Shown here: piece by piece, positions 1 through 10,311 of the stretch
How positions within the stretch are numbered: position 1 is the first letter of the stretch
Layout: each line of letters starts with the position of its first letter
Assembly (NCBI GenBank): GCA_964632485.1
Contig: CAZWDO010000001.1
Span: 124,001-188,000 of the forward strand
Reading direction: 5' to 3'
Source of the DNA: an uncultured bacterium
GTDB lineage: Bacteria > JAGOEH01
DNA: 64,000 nucleotides
Program-made: the position numbers and the translations under genes
The notes under the pieces: model-generated
What the model was told of the DNA's origin: nothing
Seen by the model: only the letters and a program-made list of their open reading frames with translations
Databases searched by the model: none

Positions 1-236
1 CCTTATCTATTGCATTATTAGTTCGATTATGTTAAACTAATCATGTCTGTAATCAGTATCAATCACTTAAAAGTGGGAAAAACCTGTTGCATTTGTCTGT
101 CCGGTTTGACCTTGAAAAACTTTGCTTACCAACGGTTGGCGTAAATTCTGGACTAATAACTTTTAAAATGACAGGAAATATGAAGTATTTAGAGACAATT
201 TTAGCGTAGTTCAAACCTAAAACCCAGGAGGAACTT

Positions 237-1229
237 GTGAAAAAGAAAGTATTGTTGATTCATACGGGCGGTACTATTGGGATGGTCAGAAATATTCAGA
301 ACGGAACACTTAAACCGGACCAATTCTATGAAAGCATTCTGAAATTTGTACCTGAGCTGGAACAAATCGCTCACATAGAAGTAGAGATACCCTGTTTATT
401 AGACAGCGCTGAAATCCATATTCCCCATTGGCAAGCGATTGGGCGGTTAATCCGGCGCTATCAGAATCAAGTTCAGGGAGTCGTGATTACACACGGTACA
501 GATACATTAGCCTATACAGCTTCCGCACTTTCCTATATGCTGATGAACGTCCCTTTTCCCGTAATACTTACAGGCGCCCAAAAACCATTAGGGGAACTTC
601 GTACCGATGCTCGCAACAATTTTGTGAATGCTATTGAAATGGCAACTTTGGATATTCCAGAAGTCGCGATCTACTTTGATTACAAATTAATGCGGGGCAA
701 TAGAACTATTAAAAGCCATATTACCCATTTCGATGCCTTCTCTTCCCCCAATTATCCATTATTGGGTGAAGTAGGACTGGATATTGTCATCTATCCGCAG
801 AATATGATAAAACCTCAAGGACTATTTCATGTTTTTGACGCCTTCGACGCATCGATAGCAGTACTCAAACTATTCCCGGGAATAGACATCCGTTATTTCA
901 ATCCCGATGATCAAGTCAAAGCAGTTCTTTTGATCGCATGGGGCGCCGGAACCGTACCGACGGCTTATACACAATTGTTGCCTCAGATTAAGAAATGGTT
1001 AGACGCAGGCAAAATTGTAGCGATGATCAGTGAAACCAAAGCCGGATGCGCCGCACCCCAACTGTACGAATCGGGTAACCGATTACTCGACATGGGAGTT
1101 CTATCAGCGGGAGACATGACCTTCGAAGCAGCCTTGACTAAGCTGATGTTTCTGATGGCCCAACGCGACAATTACGAGGAAATCAAGCGGAATTTCATGA
1201 AATCGCTGGCAGGGGAACGTTCTGTTTAA
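237..1229 (+). CDS. ansA: Type I (cytoplasmic) L-asparaginase
   Basis: HTGGTIGM and HGTDT catalytic Thr motifs, TGAQKP, RGNRTIK...FDAFSSPN; no signal peptide; GTG start with AGGAGG upstream. Confidence 0.92.
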   Translation: MKKKVLLIHTGGTIGMVRNIQNGTLKPDQFYESILKFVPELEQIAHIEVEIPCLLDSAEIHIPHWQAIGRLIRRYQNQVQGVVITHGTDTLAYTASALSYMLMNVPFPVILTGAQKPLGELRTDARNNFVNAIEMATLDIPEVAIYFDYKLMRGNRTIKSHITHFDAFSSPNYPLLGEVGLDIVIYPQNMIKPQGLFHVFDAFDASIAVLKLFPGIDIRYFNPDDQVKAVLLIAWGAGTVPTAYTQLLPQIKKWLDAGKIVAMISETKAGCAAPQLYESGNRLLDMGVLSAGDMTFEAALTKLMFLMAQRDNYEEIKRNFMKSLAGERSV

Positions 1230-1230
1230 T

Positions 1231-4119
1231 TTATTTTAACAGTAATAGCTTTTTTGTTTCATGAAAACTCGCAGTATTAATCCGTAAAAAATATATCCCG
1301 GACGCGGCACTTTCTCCGTTGTCATTCAATCCGTCCCAATAGAATGAATGCCGTTTGGGGGACAATAGATCGTTATGAATGCGCCTGATTCTCTGGCCCA
1401 GTACATTCACGATTTCAATCACAGCGTTTTCTTTATACGGCAACAACGCTTCTATGCATAATCGAGCATTAAATGGATTGGGATAACAAGTTAAGAGCAT
1501 TTTATTTTTTACCGGCAAGAGTTGGCCATCATCTAATAACGTGATCAACCCGGAATCCGGCAAACTCAGACGTTTGGATGTATAGATATGGAACTCCCCC
1601 GGATTCAGAGCGATGGGGGCATTGATGCTCTCGACCCAGATGCTGTCACCAGGGAAAAAATCATACCACCAACCACTATGGCTGAAATAGGGATGACCAC
1701 TTTGCGCGGTCACATCAAAGTTGCCTAAAATAACCGCTTTAAGCGAGTCATTGCTTAGATTGATGCGTTTGACAGCCCCGGTAACCGATAAGCTGATATT
1801 AGTACCAGCCTGACGGAATAACTCATTTTCAGCTCGTATTTTCAATAGAGCGCTATACGTTTTATACAGTCGCCATCTATTCGCGTGATGATAATAATCC
1901 CAACGAATCGGTTTTTCGCCAGTCCGGCTATTATAATCAATCGAGTAATCGTAGCCTAATTCACCAAATTGCCAGATCATTTTTGGGCCGGGCAAGGTTA
2001 AAAAAAATGCAGCAACGGCTTTCATACGTTCCAGAGCAATCGCAGTGTCCTTGATTTGATAGGCGCCATCGCCATTACCCCACTGAAGCGTTTTCACCAT
2101 CAAACGCTCTTCATCATGGGATTCCATATAGGTTACCAAATGGGGAGAGTCCCATCCGCGGGTTTGATAAAATCCCCAACTGATATCTGATTTGTTTTGG
2201 TCGTAATACCCCATGGCCGCTTCATAGTATCCCCAATTCGCATCGCTCGCATTCGCGTGACCCCAGAGCATAAAACCGGCATTTGCCAGGGCTTTTTCCT
2301 CATTGTTGTCGGCCCAATGTTCCAAGATCAAATAGACACTGGAATCATAAACATTAATTTGATCCTTGATCCGCTGTAAAATGGCAACCCGGCTGGCATC
2401 GTAATTCCAACCACTACCCGGTTTATTGGTAAATCCCTTGGTAAAATCGAGACGAAACCCATCCACTCGGTATTCAGTCACCCAAAATGCCAGGATTTGA
2501 TCCACTAAATGTTGAGTATAAAGGCTTTCATGATTAAAATCGTACCCCCATGAATATTCATGAGGCGCTACGACATTGAACCAGGGATTTTGCGCGGCCA
2601 TCTGTCCGCTCATCAAATCCACATACATCCGCACCCAAGCGGATTGACCAAACGCATGGTTTAAAACCATATCCTGAATGACAGCAATTCCCAGTCGATG
2701 GCATTCATCAATAAAACGCTGATAATCAATTTTACGTCCATAATATTTATCCGGAGCGAAATAAAAGGATGGATTATAGCCCCAGCTTGAATTACCTTCA
2801 AATTCATTGAAAGGCATCAGCTCGATCGCATTGATCCCCAGATTTTTCAGGTATTCCAGGGTATCAACCAGGGTGGAAATTGAATGATCCTCTAAAAAAT
2901 CGCGCACATGAAGCTCATATATGACCAGTTCTTCCTGCGGTGGACGCGTAAATGCCTCACTATATTTAAATTCGTAACGTTCCGGGCGGGTTTGTAATAC
3001 GCTGACAATCTCCTTTGTCTGCCCCAGCGGATACGCCTTTAAATCCGGATAAACCGAAGCCGGAATATTGGGGTCATTGCTACCATCCAGAATTTTTTCT
3101 GCATACGGATCAGCAATCCGCCGATCACCATCAATCAATAGTTGGTAAGCATACTCATGCAATGGGTCTAAGTTTCTCAATCTCAACCAGAAATAATCAT
3201 TATCGCGGTAGAAGTAATAAGCAGTGTCGGGAATCCATTGATTGAAATCGCCAATGGCGTAAATATAGTTTTTATACGGAGCAAACTGAATCAATACAAC
3301 GGTGGAATCATCAATAATGTGAATACCAGCTTCCGCCTGGTCAGGCCGCAGCGCCTCACTGACTGGAGGATTAATCATCAAATAACAATGCGCGGTATCA
3401 CTCATCTCCAGCTCATTATGGGCAATCGCCATCAGGCAATGAGGCCCGTGCTCCCAATTACCAGCAACAAACAGATAATTTAGCGTGTCTCCATCCAGCG
3501 AATCCACTCGTAGTGAATCCATCCATAATTCCAATCCACTCATTTCACCTTCATTCAGTGAAATGATTACAGATACATTCAGAGTTGTATCAGCACCCAA
3601 AAAAACCGGGGATTGCCGCATATCACTAAAAAGTAGCTCATTTTCCGGTGAAAGAAAATTGACCAGTAAAGGCTTATCCTGATAGACCGATAAAAAAATA
3701 TCCTGATTACCAACATCTTTCCCTTGTTTTGAGCCATTGGCATTGCGGAACACAAATGCTAATTTCAATATTGTTTCAGCGGAATCGGTGATGCCATAAA
3801 AGCGATAAATATTCCCGATAACCAGCTCATAAGTGTTAGTTTCCACATAGGTTAATTTACATTTATCAAGATTCACGGACCAGTCGGCAGCCACATATTT
3901 CCAGTCACTGCCGGAAGCGCTGGCAGAGGTGATAACACCGGTATGGGCCCAGATATCCCCTGAATTGTCTTTTAATCCCTGATTCCCACGGTCCGCATGA
4001 AATACAATCACAATTGAGTCGGAGATCGTGGGAACAACCGGACGGCTTTCAACAACTGAATTAGCGAATATTAAAACAGGACAAAGCAGAAACAAAGCCG
4101 CTAATTTTAAATGGCGCAT
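1231..4119 (-). CDS. Secreted GH13 alpha-amylase/pullulanase-like enzyme with N-terminal CBM-like and CBM48-like modules and a T9SS/FlgD-type C-terminal sorting domain
   Basis: Signal peptide; IYELHVRDF, WGYNP, DMVLNH, catalytic DGFRLD / EHW / SHDEER; C-terminal YPNPFN...WDG...SGIYF...KLLLLK. Confidence 0.88.
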   Translation of the reverse strand: MRHLKLAALFLLCPVLIFANSVVESRPVVPTISDSIVIVFHADRGNQGLKDNSGDIWAHTGVITSASASGSDWKYVAADWSVNLDKCKLTYVETNTYELVIGNIYRFYGITDSAETILKLAFVFRNANGSKQGKDVGNQDIFLSVYQDKPLLVNFLSPENELLFSDMRQSPVFLGADTTLNVSVIISLNEGEMSGLELWMDSLRVDSLDGDTLNYLFVAGNWEHGPHCLMAIAHNELEMSDTAHCYLMINPPVSEALRPDQAEAGIHIIDDSTVVLIQFAPYKNYIYAIGDFNQWIPDTAYYFYRDNDYFWLRLRNLDPLHEYAYQLLIDGDRRIADPYAEKILDGSNDPNIPASVYPDLKAYPLGQTKEIVSVLQTRPERYEFKYSEAFTRPPQEELVIYELHVRDFLEDHSISTLVDTLEYLKNLGINAIELMPFNEFEGNSSWGYNPSFYFAPDKYYGRKIDYQRFIDECHRLGIAVIQDMVLNHAFGQSAWVRMYVDLMSGQMAAQNPWFNVVAPHEYSWGYDFNHESLYTQHLVDQILAFWVTEYRVDGFRLDFTKGFTNKPGSGWNYDASRVAILQRIKDQINVYDSSVYLILEHWADNNEEKALANAGFMLWGHANASDANWGYYEAAMGYYDQNKSDISWGFYQTRGWDSPHLVTYMESHDEERLMVKTLQWGNGDGAYQIKDTAIALERMKAVAAFFLTLPGPKMIWQFGELGYDYSIDYNSRTGEKPIRWDYYHHANRWRLYKTYSALLKIRAENELFRQAGTNISLSVTGAVKRINLSNDSLKAVILGNFDVTAQSGHPYFSHSGWWYDFFPGDSIWVESINAPIALNPGEFHIYTSKRLSLPDSGLITLLDDGQLLPVKNKMLLTCYPNPFNARLCIEALLPYKENAVIEIVNVLGQRIRRIHNDLLSPKRHSFYWDGLNDNGESAASGIYFLRINTASFHETKKLLLLK

Positions 4120-4460
4120 ATTTCCTCCTTACTATTAGTGTATCGGTTCTTATACACAGTATGCAACTTGTGAACACAAAGTGAGTGTTGACTTTCCAAT
4201 CTGAACTACTGACATGGAATACTAATCCTCAGAGTTATAAAACAGTTAGAATCGTTTAAAACCTGCAAAAACGGTTTGAGTTCGCAAAAAATTTGTGTAT
4301 GCTGAATTGTGAAGATTTAAAAATAGTATAAGGGGAATCGAATGAAAAAGCAAGTATATTATCTATAATTGAATTAAAAAAAAACAAAATAGATATTGAT
4401 TTTTTGCCCATAGTCAATTATATTGTAGTCACCCTAACCATAAAACAGCGGAGGATTTCT

Positions 4461-5129
4461 ATGGCAATGAAAAACCTGGTTGTTATTGATCATCCCTTGG
4501 TCAAGCATAAACTCAGCAAATTGCGGGCAAAAACCACTAATAAAAAGGTGTTCAAGGAATTACTGGAGGAATTAGCAATTATTACAACAATCGAGGCGAC
4601 GCGGGATATTCCAATGTACAGCCAACCCATTGATACTCCCATATCTCGAACTGAAGGTCATTTTGTAGATGAAAAGAAGATTACCGTTGTTCCGATTCTA
4701 AGGGCGGGTTTAGGGATGGTTGAAGGTGTCATTAAAATGATGCCCAATGCGCGAGTAGAGCATATTGGACTTTATCGCAATGAAGACACACTTGAACCGG
4801 TGGAATATTACACGAAAATTTCACCCAATCTTAGCGGCCGACGCTTTATTGTCGTCGATCCCATGATTGCAACCGGTGGTTCGATCTGCCGAGTGCTCGC
4901 CGCGATTACCCAGTTAGGGGGGATTAATATCAAAGTCATTGCGGTAATTGCCGCTCCCGAAGGAGTAAAGAAAATTCATGCGCAATATCCCAACGTCCCG
5001 ATCTACACAGCCGCATTGGACGATCATTTAAATTCGCACGGTTATATCGTACCCGGATTGGGTGATGCTGGAGACCGGGTGTTCGGAACACTCAATGATG
5101 CCCCCCCCCCTGCTAGTCATACGGTTTAG
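4461..5129 (+). CDS. upp: Uracil phosphoribosyltransferase
   Basis: HPLVKHKL, VPILRAGLGM, VVDPMIATGGS (PRPP loop), GYIVPGLGDAGDR; start moved to ATG 4461, which has GGAGG upstream. Confidence 0.95.
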   Translation: MAMKNLVVIDHPLVKHKLSKLRAKTTNKKVFKELLEELAIITTIEATRDIPMYSQPIDTPISRTEGHFVDEKKITVVPILRAGLGMVEGVIKMMPNARVEHIGLYRNEDTLEPVEYYTKISPNLSGRRFIVVDPMIATGGSICRVLAAITQLGGINIKVIAVIAAPEGVKKIHAQYPNVPIYTAALDDHLNSHGYIVPGLGDAGDRVFGTLNDAPPPASHTV

Positions 5130-6114
5130 TTCGCTTGGCGATATCGTTCTGACAACATCCTTCCTTAGAACCCTGCAGGCCAACCATCCAGATCAAAAAA
5201 TTTTTTTTTTGACTAAACTTGCGTTTCAGGATATTATTTCTTTTTTTCCGGTAAAAGTCGAACCATTAATATTAAGACCGGAGCAATCCCTGATCGACTT
5301 AGCAGGGATTATCAGACGCCATCAGTTTGAAAAAATATACGACCTGCATCAAAACTTACGGACCCAATTATTACGAATTCTAACCTTTCGGCATTTTTAT
5401 TCATACAACAAGCAGCATTGGCGGCGTCGGTATATTTGTTTTCGTCACATTAAATCACCCCAATTGCATACAATCAATTTATATCATAGCGCCTTGGCTT
5501 TGGATGATCGACCTCACATCTCTCCTCCCCCTCTACTTGTAATCCCGGAGCCCCCCCGCTCCAATACGTTTTGCGTTCTGATCCATCCGGGCGCCAGCCG
5601 GCCCACAAAAGCTTGGCCGATCACTCACTGGATAGATACGATCCAATGGATGATCACCCATCAACTCAAAGTGTCTGTTATTGGAGGCCCCGCTGAAAAT
5701 CAGGCCCTCAATACCCTACTTCATATTTTCGGAAAACAAATCACCGTATATGGACCGCAACTATCACTTAAAAACCTGGTCGAAACAATTGCCGACCATC
5801 AGTTGTTTCTTTCCAATGATTCAGGCCCTGCTCATATTGCCGCCGCCTTATCAATTCCACAAATTACCATTTTCGGCCCCACTCACCCATCTCTCGGCTT
5901 TCTCCCCCAAAATTTGCAGGCACGGATTCTCAGCCTCAATCTACCCTGTTCCCCATGCACACTGCATGGCCAAATTCATTGTCCTCGAAAACACCACCGA
6001 TGTATGAATGAACTATTACCCGAACTCATAATTGAACATATCAGACAGTTAATATCTTCAAATTTCCCTGGCCACACTAAAGCATCAAACTCCGCTTCCG
6101 GTTCAATTAATTGA
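5095..6114 (+). CDS. Glycosyltransferase family 9 (LPS heptosyltransferase, WaaF/RfaF-like)
   Basis: LVIRFSSLGD, IHPGAS...KAWP, SNDSGPAHIAAAL, IFGPT, C-terminal CSPC...C...C; start ATG 5095 or 5098. Confidence 0.88.
   Translation: MMPPPLLVIRFSSLGDIVLTTSFLRTLQANHPDQKIFFLTKLAFQDIISFFPVKVEPLILRPEQSLIDLAGIIRRHQFEKIYDLHQNLRTQLLRILTFRHFYSYNKQHWRRRYICFRHIKSPQLHTINLYHSALALDDRPHISPPPLLVIPEPPRSNTFCVLIHPGASRPTKAWPITHWIDTIQWMITHQLKVSVIGGPAENQALNTLLHIFGKQITVYGPQLSLKNLVETIADHQLFLSNDSGPAHIAAALSIPQITIFGPTHPSLGFLPQNLQARILSLNLPCSPCTLHGQIHCPRKHHRCMNELLPELIIEHIRQLISSNFPGHTKASNSASGSIN
5101..5110 (+). repeat. C10 homopolymer immediately after the GT9 start codon(s)
   Basis: ATGATG-CCCCCCCCCC-TGCTA; further tracts A6T10 at 5195-5210, T7 at 5241-5247, C7 at 5551-5557. 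Confidence 0.9.
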
Positions 6115-6127
6115 CTGGTTTTCATGA

Positions 6128-6355
6128 TTATCCACAATTTACTATCGCCATAAGACTTATCGCATTTCAAGCTCCCAACAGGCTACTACCAAACGACTTG
6201 CATATAACTTATTGCTAAATAATAAGTTAACTTTACTTCAACATAAATGATTGTTTATATGTCTGCCAGATTTATTTAATTTTTTTATATTAAACCCAAG
6301 TTATCCACAAGTTATCCACAATTTTGTTCATAACTCCGGATTCTCTTTATTAACA
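6128..6355. promoter_or_regulatory. DnaA-box cluster (candidate oriC, or datA/DARS-like DnaA-binding locus)
   Basis: Perfect TTATCCACA at 6128-6136, 6301-6309 and 6312-6320; degenerate boxes at 6290-6298, 6325-6333 (minus) and 6347-6355; AT-rich intergenic region. Confidence 0.7.
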
Positions 6356-6405
6356 TAAAGTTAACACTATATTTAAAAAATCAACTATTTTTTTTAAAAA
6401 AAAAC

Positions 6406-6434
6406 TTGACATTTTGCTCAATTATATTTATGAT
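6406..6434 (+). promoter_or_regulatory. sigma70-type promoter for the 6464 sensor kinase
   Basis: TTGACA (6406-6411) -17 bp- TATGAT (6429-6434). Confidence 0.65.
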
Positions 6435-6463
6435 ATTAACAAACCATATATCAAAGGAAAATA

Positions 6464-9400
6464 GTGAAAATAATTATTTATACTATAATAGTACTATGGA
6501 TGGTTTTCGACACAAAAACCAACGCCTACAATCCCTATCAGTTATTGACCCAGCTTCGCTTTGAATATATCACACTTGAAGAAGGACTTTCGCAGAACAA
6601 TGTGTTTGCAATTCTACAGGATCGACTGGGTTATCTATGGTTTGGAACTGAAGATGGATTGAATCGCTATGATGGCTACACTTGCAAGATATTTCGTCAT
6701 AACACAGATGATTCAACCAGTATCTCAGACAATACAATTCTATCGCTTTTTGAAGATCGGGATGGGACATTATGGATAGGCACTAAATTTGGTGGTTTAA
6801 ATAAGTTTGATCCCATCAGTGAACGTTTTACCCGGTATCAATATAACTCGCAGGATTCAAACTCTATCAGCAGCAATCAGTATTTAACCAGCATTAACCA
6901 AAGCATGGACGGATATCTATGGATAGGTACTGATAATGGATTAAACCGGTTTAATCCCAAGCAAGAGCAATTCACTCGTTTTTTTCATTGGTTAAATACA
7001 GAAGAAGGACAGGATATAGATTTTGTCTGGTGCATTGAAATTGACTGTGATTCGAATCTATGGATAGGCACGAACCAAGGATTAAAAAAATATAATCCTT
7101 TTACTGGGAAGATCGAATATTTTTCAACAGAGTCACCGAGTTCGTTCCATCTGAATAACAATATGGTTCGATCAATTCAACTGGATGGGAAAGACTCGGT
7201 ATGGGTTGCTACTAACGATGGGTTATGCCTGTTGGATTTGAAGACTGGCAACTCAAAGCTGTTCAATTATTTGGAAAATAAACCGAGCTCGCTTATCAGC
7301 AATCGCATCCGAAAAATATACAAAGATAAGCAGGGGCTCATTTGGATAGCGACAACCAATGGACTGGATTTATTCGATAAACAAAATTCACAGTTTTTCC
7401 ATTTCAATAAAAATTTTAACCAATTTAATACGATTAATAATAATTTTATTTATACTATTTACCAGGATCCAGAACAAAACATCTGGTTGGGCACTGTCGG
7501 CGGTGGAGTTAATAAGTTCAATTTTCTCAATATCAAATTTATCCATTATCCCTTTCAGGCAGAAGTCACCAATAGTTTGAACGATAAAGATGTTTTAGCC
7601 ATCTATGAAGACCAGGATCAAAGAATTTGGTTGGGAACTTCCCAAGGTGGGTTAAATGTACTGGATCGGAAAACCGGGAAGTTTTCCCACTATTTAACCG
7701 ACGAGTATCATAAAAACATACTACGTTTAAATGAGATCAAATCAATCAAAGAAGACACGCAAGAAAATTTATGGCTCGGTTCCAAACAAAACGGACTGAT
7801 CAAATTTAATAAAAAGAGTTTTGCCTATGAATATTGGCAGAATCCGATTCAAACCCATAATACATATTTATTAGACGAAATATGGAGCATGTATCTGGAG
7901 AATGATACGACAATGTGGTTGGGGACGGGAGCCGGCTTACGTCAGGTTAATCTTTTAAACCGGGAAAACAGACTTATCCCTTATTCTCTCATCAGAGATA
8001 TTCGCAACAGCGCGTATGTTATTTGCATTGTTAAGGACAAAGAGGGTTTTCTTTGGACGGGGACATTCGGCGGCGGTTTACTGCGGGTGAATAAGAATAC
8101 CGGAGAACTAACCAGGTACCTCAATACCCCGGGAGACACGCTCAGCATTAGCAGTAATCGTGTGAATTCAATTTTCATCGACTCAGCGGATATCTTTTGG
8201 CTGGGTACATTAGGTGGAGGCTTAAACCGTTTCGACCCGAAAACCGGAGTTTTCCAGAGATTCACGATAAAAAATGGACTCCCCAATAACGATATTTTTG
8301 GGATAGTACCCGATGACCATGGAAATCTCTGGCTATCGACTAACAAAGGAGTTTCCCGTTTCAATCCGAGATCAAATTCTTTTCGTAATTTTGACATATC
8401 CGACGGGCTGCAAAGTTATCAATTTTCAGATGGGGGTTATTTCAAGAACACAAATGGTGAAATATTTTTCGGGGGAAATAATGGATTTAATATCTTCCAT
8501 CCCGATAGCATTAGCGACAATCCCCACATCCCGGGCATCACGATTACTGAACTTTCAATTTTTGGTGAGTTGCGCGATCTCAACACGTTTCTGCATAATA
8601 ACAAACCATTGGAATTAAACTGGCAGGAGAATTATTTAGAGCTGAAATTTGCAGCGCTCGATTATCGGTTTTCGAAAAAAAACCGCTATGCCTACCAACT
8701 GCAGGGGTTTGATCGGGATTGGATATGGAGCGGGACACGAAATTGGGCCTATTACAGCAATCTCGAACCTGGAAATTACCAGTTTAATGTCATCGGCAGC
8801 AATAATGATGGAGTTTGGAATAATCAAGGGATTTCCTTTAAAATCGTAATTCATCCTCCATTTTGGAAAACACTGTGGTTTAAAATCCTGACAATTATTA
8901 CCCTCCTGACCGGAAGCTACGCCTGGTATCGGCGCCGCACTCATAATCTCTTTGTATATCAACAACTTCTTGAGCGCCAAGTAAAAGAAAGAACTGCTGA
9001 ATTAAACCAGAAAAAAAACCAACTGGAATCGAAAAATATTGAATTACAGCGGATAAACAACATAGTTAAATCGATTAATCTCGAATTGGATTTTACTAAT
9101 CTTTTACAATCCATCTTAGACGAATTCGGCATTATTCCCAGCATTGAACGCGCTTCAGCATTAGCGCTCGATAAAGAAAACCATTGCTACCGATTAATTG
9201 CCAACCAAGCAAACGGGAAAATATCTCACGATACTCAACGAATAACAGATATAGAAATCGAACACCAGTTTAAAAACAACTCGACTGAGATTTATTCCGA
9301 TCTGTTTTATCATACAACCCGGCATTTTTTTCCTAAATCAGATACTGAAATAGATAATTTGACACCCGGCTCTTTTCTTTGTTTAAAACTTTCTGCAAAG

Positions 9401-10285
9401 GACTCGATCGAGGGCTGGTTGATATTTGAGAATCTCCATCAATCAGAAGCATTCAACTCGACGGATATTGAGTTGATCATCAATCTAAAGGAACACATCC
9501 TGTCGGCCTTCATAAAAGCAAAAATCCTGGCGGAACTTAAGGAGTTGAATGAAAAGAAAAATCAATTTCTGGGCATTGCCGCCCACGATTTGCGGAATCC
9601 CCTAACCGGAATTCGAGGCTATCTCCAACTATTTATCTATACACTGAAAATGGATAATTTTGACCGCATCAAAAGCGTTGACGATCTTAACCGGGCATTA
9701 AAAATTGTCGATCGAATGTCCAATCTGATTAACAATTTGCTCGATATTTCTGCTATCGAATCGGGTAAAATCAAATTAACTCCAGAAAAAGTCGAAATTC
9801 AAAAATTATTGGAGGAAGTAATTCAGTTTTATCATCGATTGGCGGAACAAAAGCAAATACGCTTGACTTTACACGAAAACACCCAAGCGCAATTTGCAGT
9901 TATTGACCGTTCCCGGATTATCGAAGTCATTGACAACCTTATCAGTAATGCCCTTAAGTACACCTATCCGGAAGGGAGTGTCGAGGTCTGGTATCAGCAG
10001 ACTATTGACCAAGTTACAATTTTTGTGCGGGATACGGGCCAGGGATTATCCCAGGAGGATATCCAGCAGCTTTTCAGCAGTTTTACCCGGCTTAGCGCTA
10101 AACCGACCGGAGGTGAATGCAGTACAGGGCTGGGCCTGGCAATTGTAAAAAAAATTGTCGAATTGCACGGAGGTACCGTTTCAGTCGAAAGCCAGTTAAA
10201 TGTGGGTTCCACTTTTTCGTTTTCATTGCCAATATCTCCCTACTTGATTACTGAAAATCAGACATCCGGCGCTCGCCATGAATAA
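6464..10285 (+). CDS. Membrane sensor histidine kinase: beta-propeller (Reg_prop) repeats, Y_Y_Y, TM, GAF-like, HisKA and HATPase domains
   Basis: Many LWIGT.GGLN repeats, YAYQLQGFD...YSNLEPGNY, PPFWKTLWF, H-box AAHDLRNPL, NLISNALKYT, DTGQG, GLGL. Confidence 0.9.
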   Translation: MKIIIYTIIVLWMVFDTKTNAYNPYQLLTQLRFEYITLEEGLSQNNVFAILQDRLGYLWFGTEDGLNRYDGYTCKIFRHNTDDSTSISDNTILSLFEDRDGTLWIGTKFGGLNKFDPISERFTRYQYNSQDSNSISSNQYLTSINQSMDGYLWIGTDNGLNRFNPKQEQFTRFFHWLNTEEGQDIDFVWCIEIDCDSNLWIGTNQGLKKYNPFTGKIEYFSTESPSSFHLNNNMVRSIQLDGKDSVWVATNDGLCLLDLKTGNSKLFNYLENKPSSLISNRIRKIYKDKQGLIWIATTNGLDLFDKQNSQFFHFNKNFNQFNTINNNFIYTIYQDPEQNIWLGTVGGGVNKFNFLNIKFIHYPFQAEVTNSLNDKDVLAIYEDQDQRIWLGTSQGGLNVLDRKTGKFSHYLTDEYHKNILRLNEIKSIKEDTQENLWLGSKQNGLIKFNKKSFAYEYWQNPIQTHNTYLLDEIWSMYLENDTTMWLGTGAGLRQVNLLNRENRLIPYSLIRDIRNSAYVICIVKDKEGFLWTGTFGGGLLRVNKNTGELTRYLNTPGDTLSISSNRVNSIFIDSADIFWLGTLGGGLNRFDPKTGVFQRFTIKNGLPNNDIFGIVPDDHGNLWLSTNKGVSRFNPRSNSFRNFDISDGLQSYQFSDGGYFKNTNGEIFFGGNNGFNIFHPDSISDNPHIPGITITELSIFGELRDLNTFLHNNKPLELNWQENYLELKFAALDYRFSKKNRYAYQLQGFDRDWIWSGTRNWAYYSNLEPGNYQFNVIGSNNDGVWNNQGISFKIVIHPPFWKTLWFKILTIITLLTGSYAWYRRRTHNLFVYQQLLERQVKERTAELNQKKNQLESKNIELQRINNIVKSINLELDFTNLLQSILDEFGIIPSIERASALALDKENHCYRLIANQANGKISHDTQRITDIEIEHQFKNNSTEIYSDLFYHTTRHFFPKSDTEIDNLTPGSFLCLKLSAKDSIEGWLIFENLHQSEAFNSTDIELIINLKEHILSAFIKAKILAELKELNEKKNQFLGIAAHDLRNPLTGIRGYLQLFIYTLKMDNFDRIKSVDDLNRALKIVDRMSNLINNLLDISAIESGKIKLTPEKVEIQKLLEEVIQFYHRLAEQKQIRLTLHENTQAQFAVIDRSRIIEVIDNLISNALKYTYPEGSVEVWYQQTIDQVTIFVRDTGQGLSQEDIQQLFSSFTRLSAKPTGGECSTGLGLAIVKKIVELHGGTVSVESQLNVGSTFSFSLPISPYLITENQTSGARHE

Positions 10286-10311
10286 GCATATTAAAATGCA
10301 GGTGGCAGATT

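Noticed and set aside
10-37. dif-like site: TTATGTTAAAC at 27-37 matches the XerD arm
   Set aside because: The XerC-side arm (TTGCATTATTA) is a poor match, and an AT-rich 10-mer can occur by chance in 64 kb
6464-8500. Repetitive sequence in the sensor kinase genes
   Set aside because: Protein-level beta-propeller repeats, not a DNA repeat array or CRISPR
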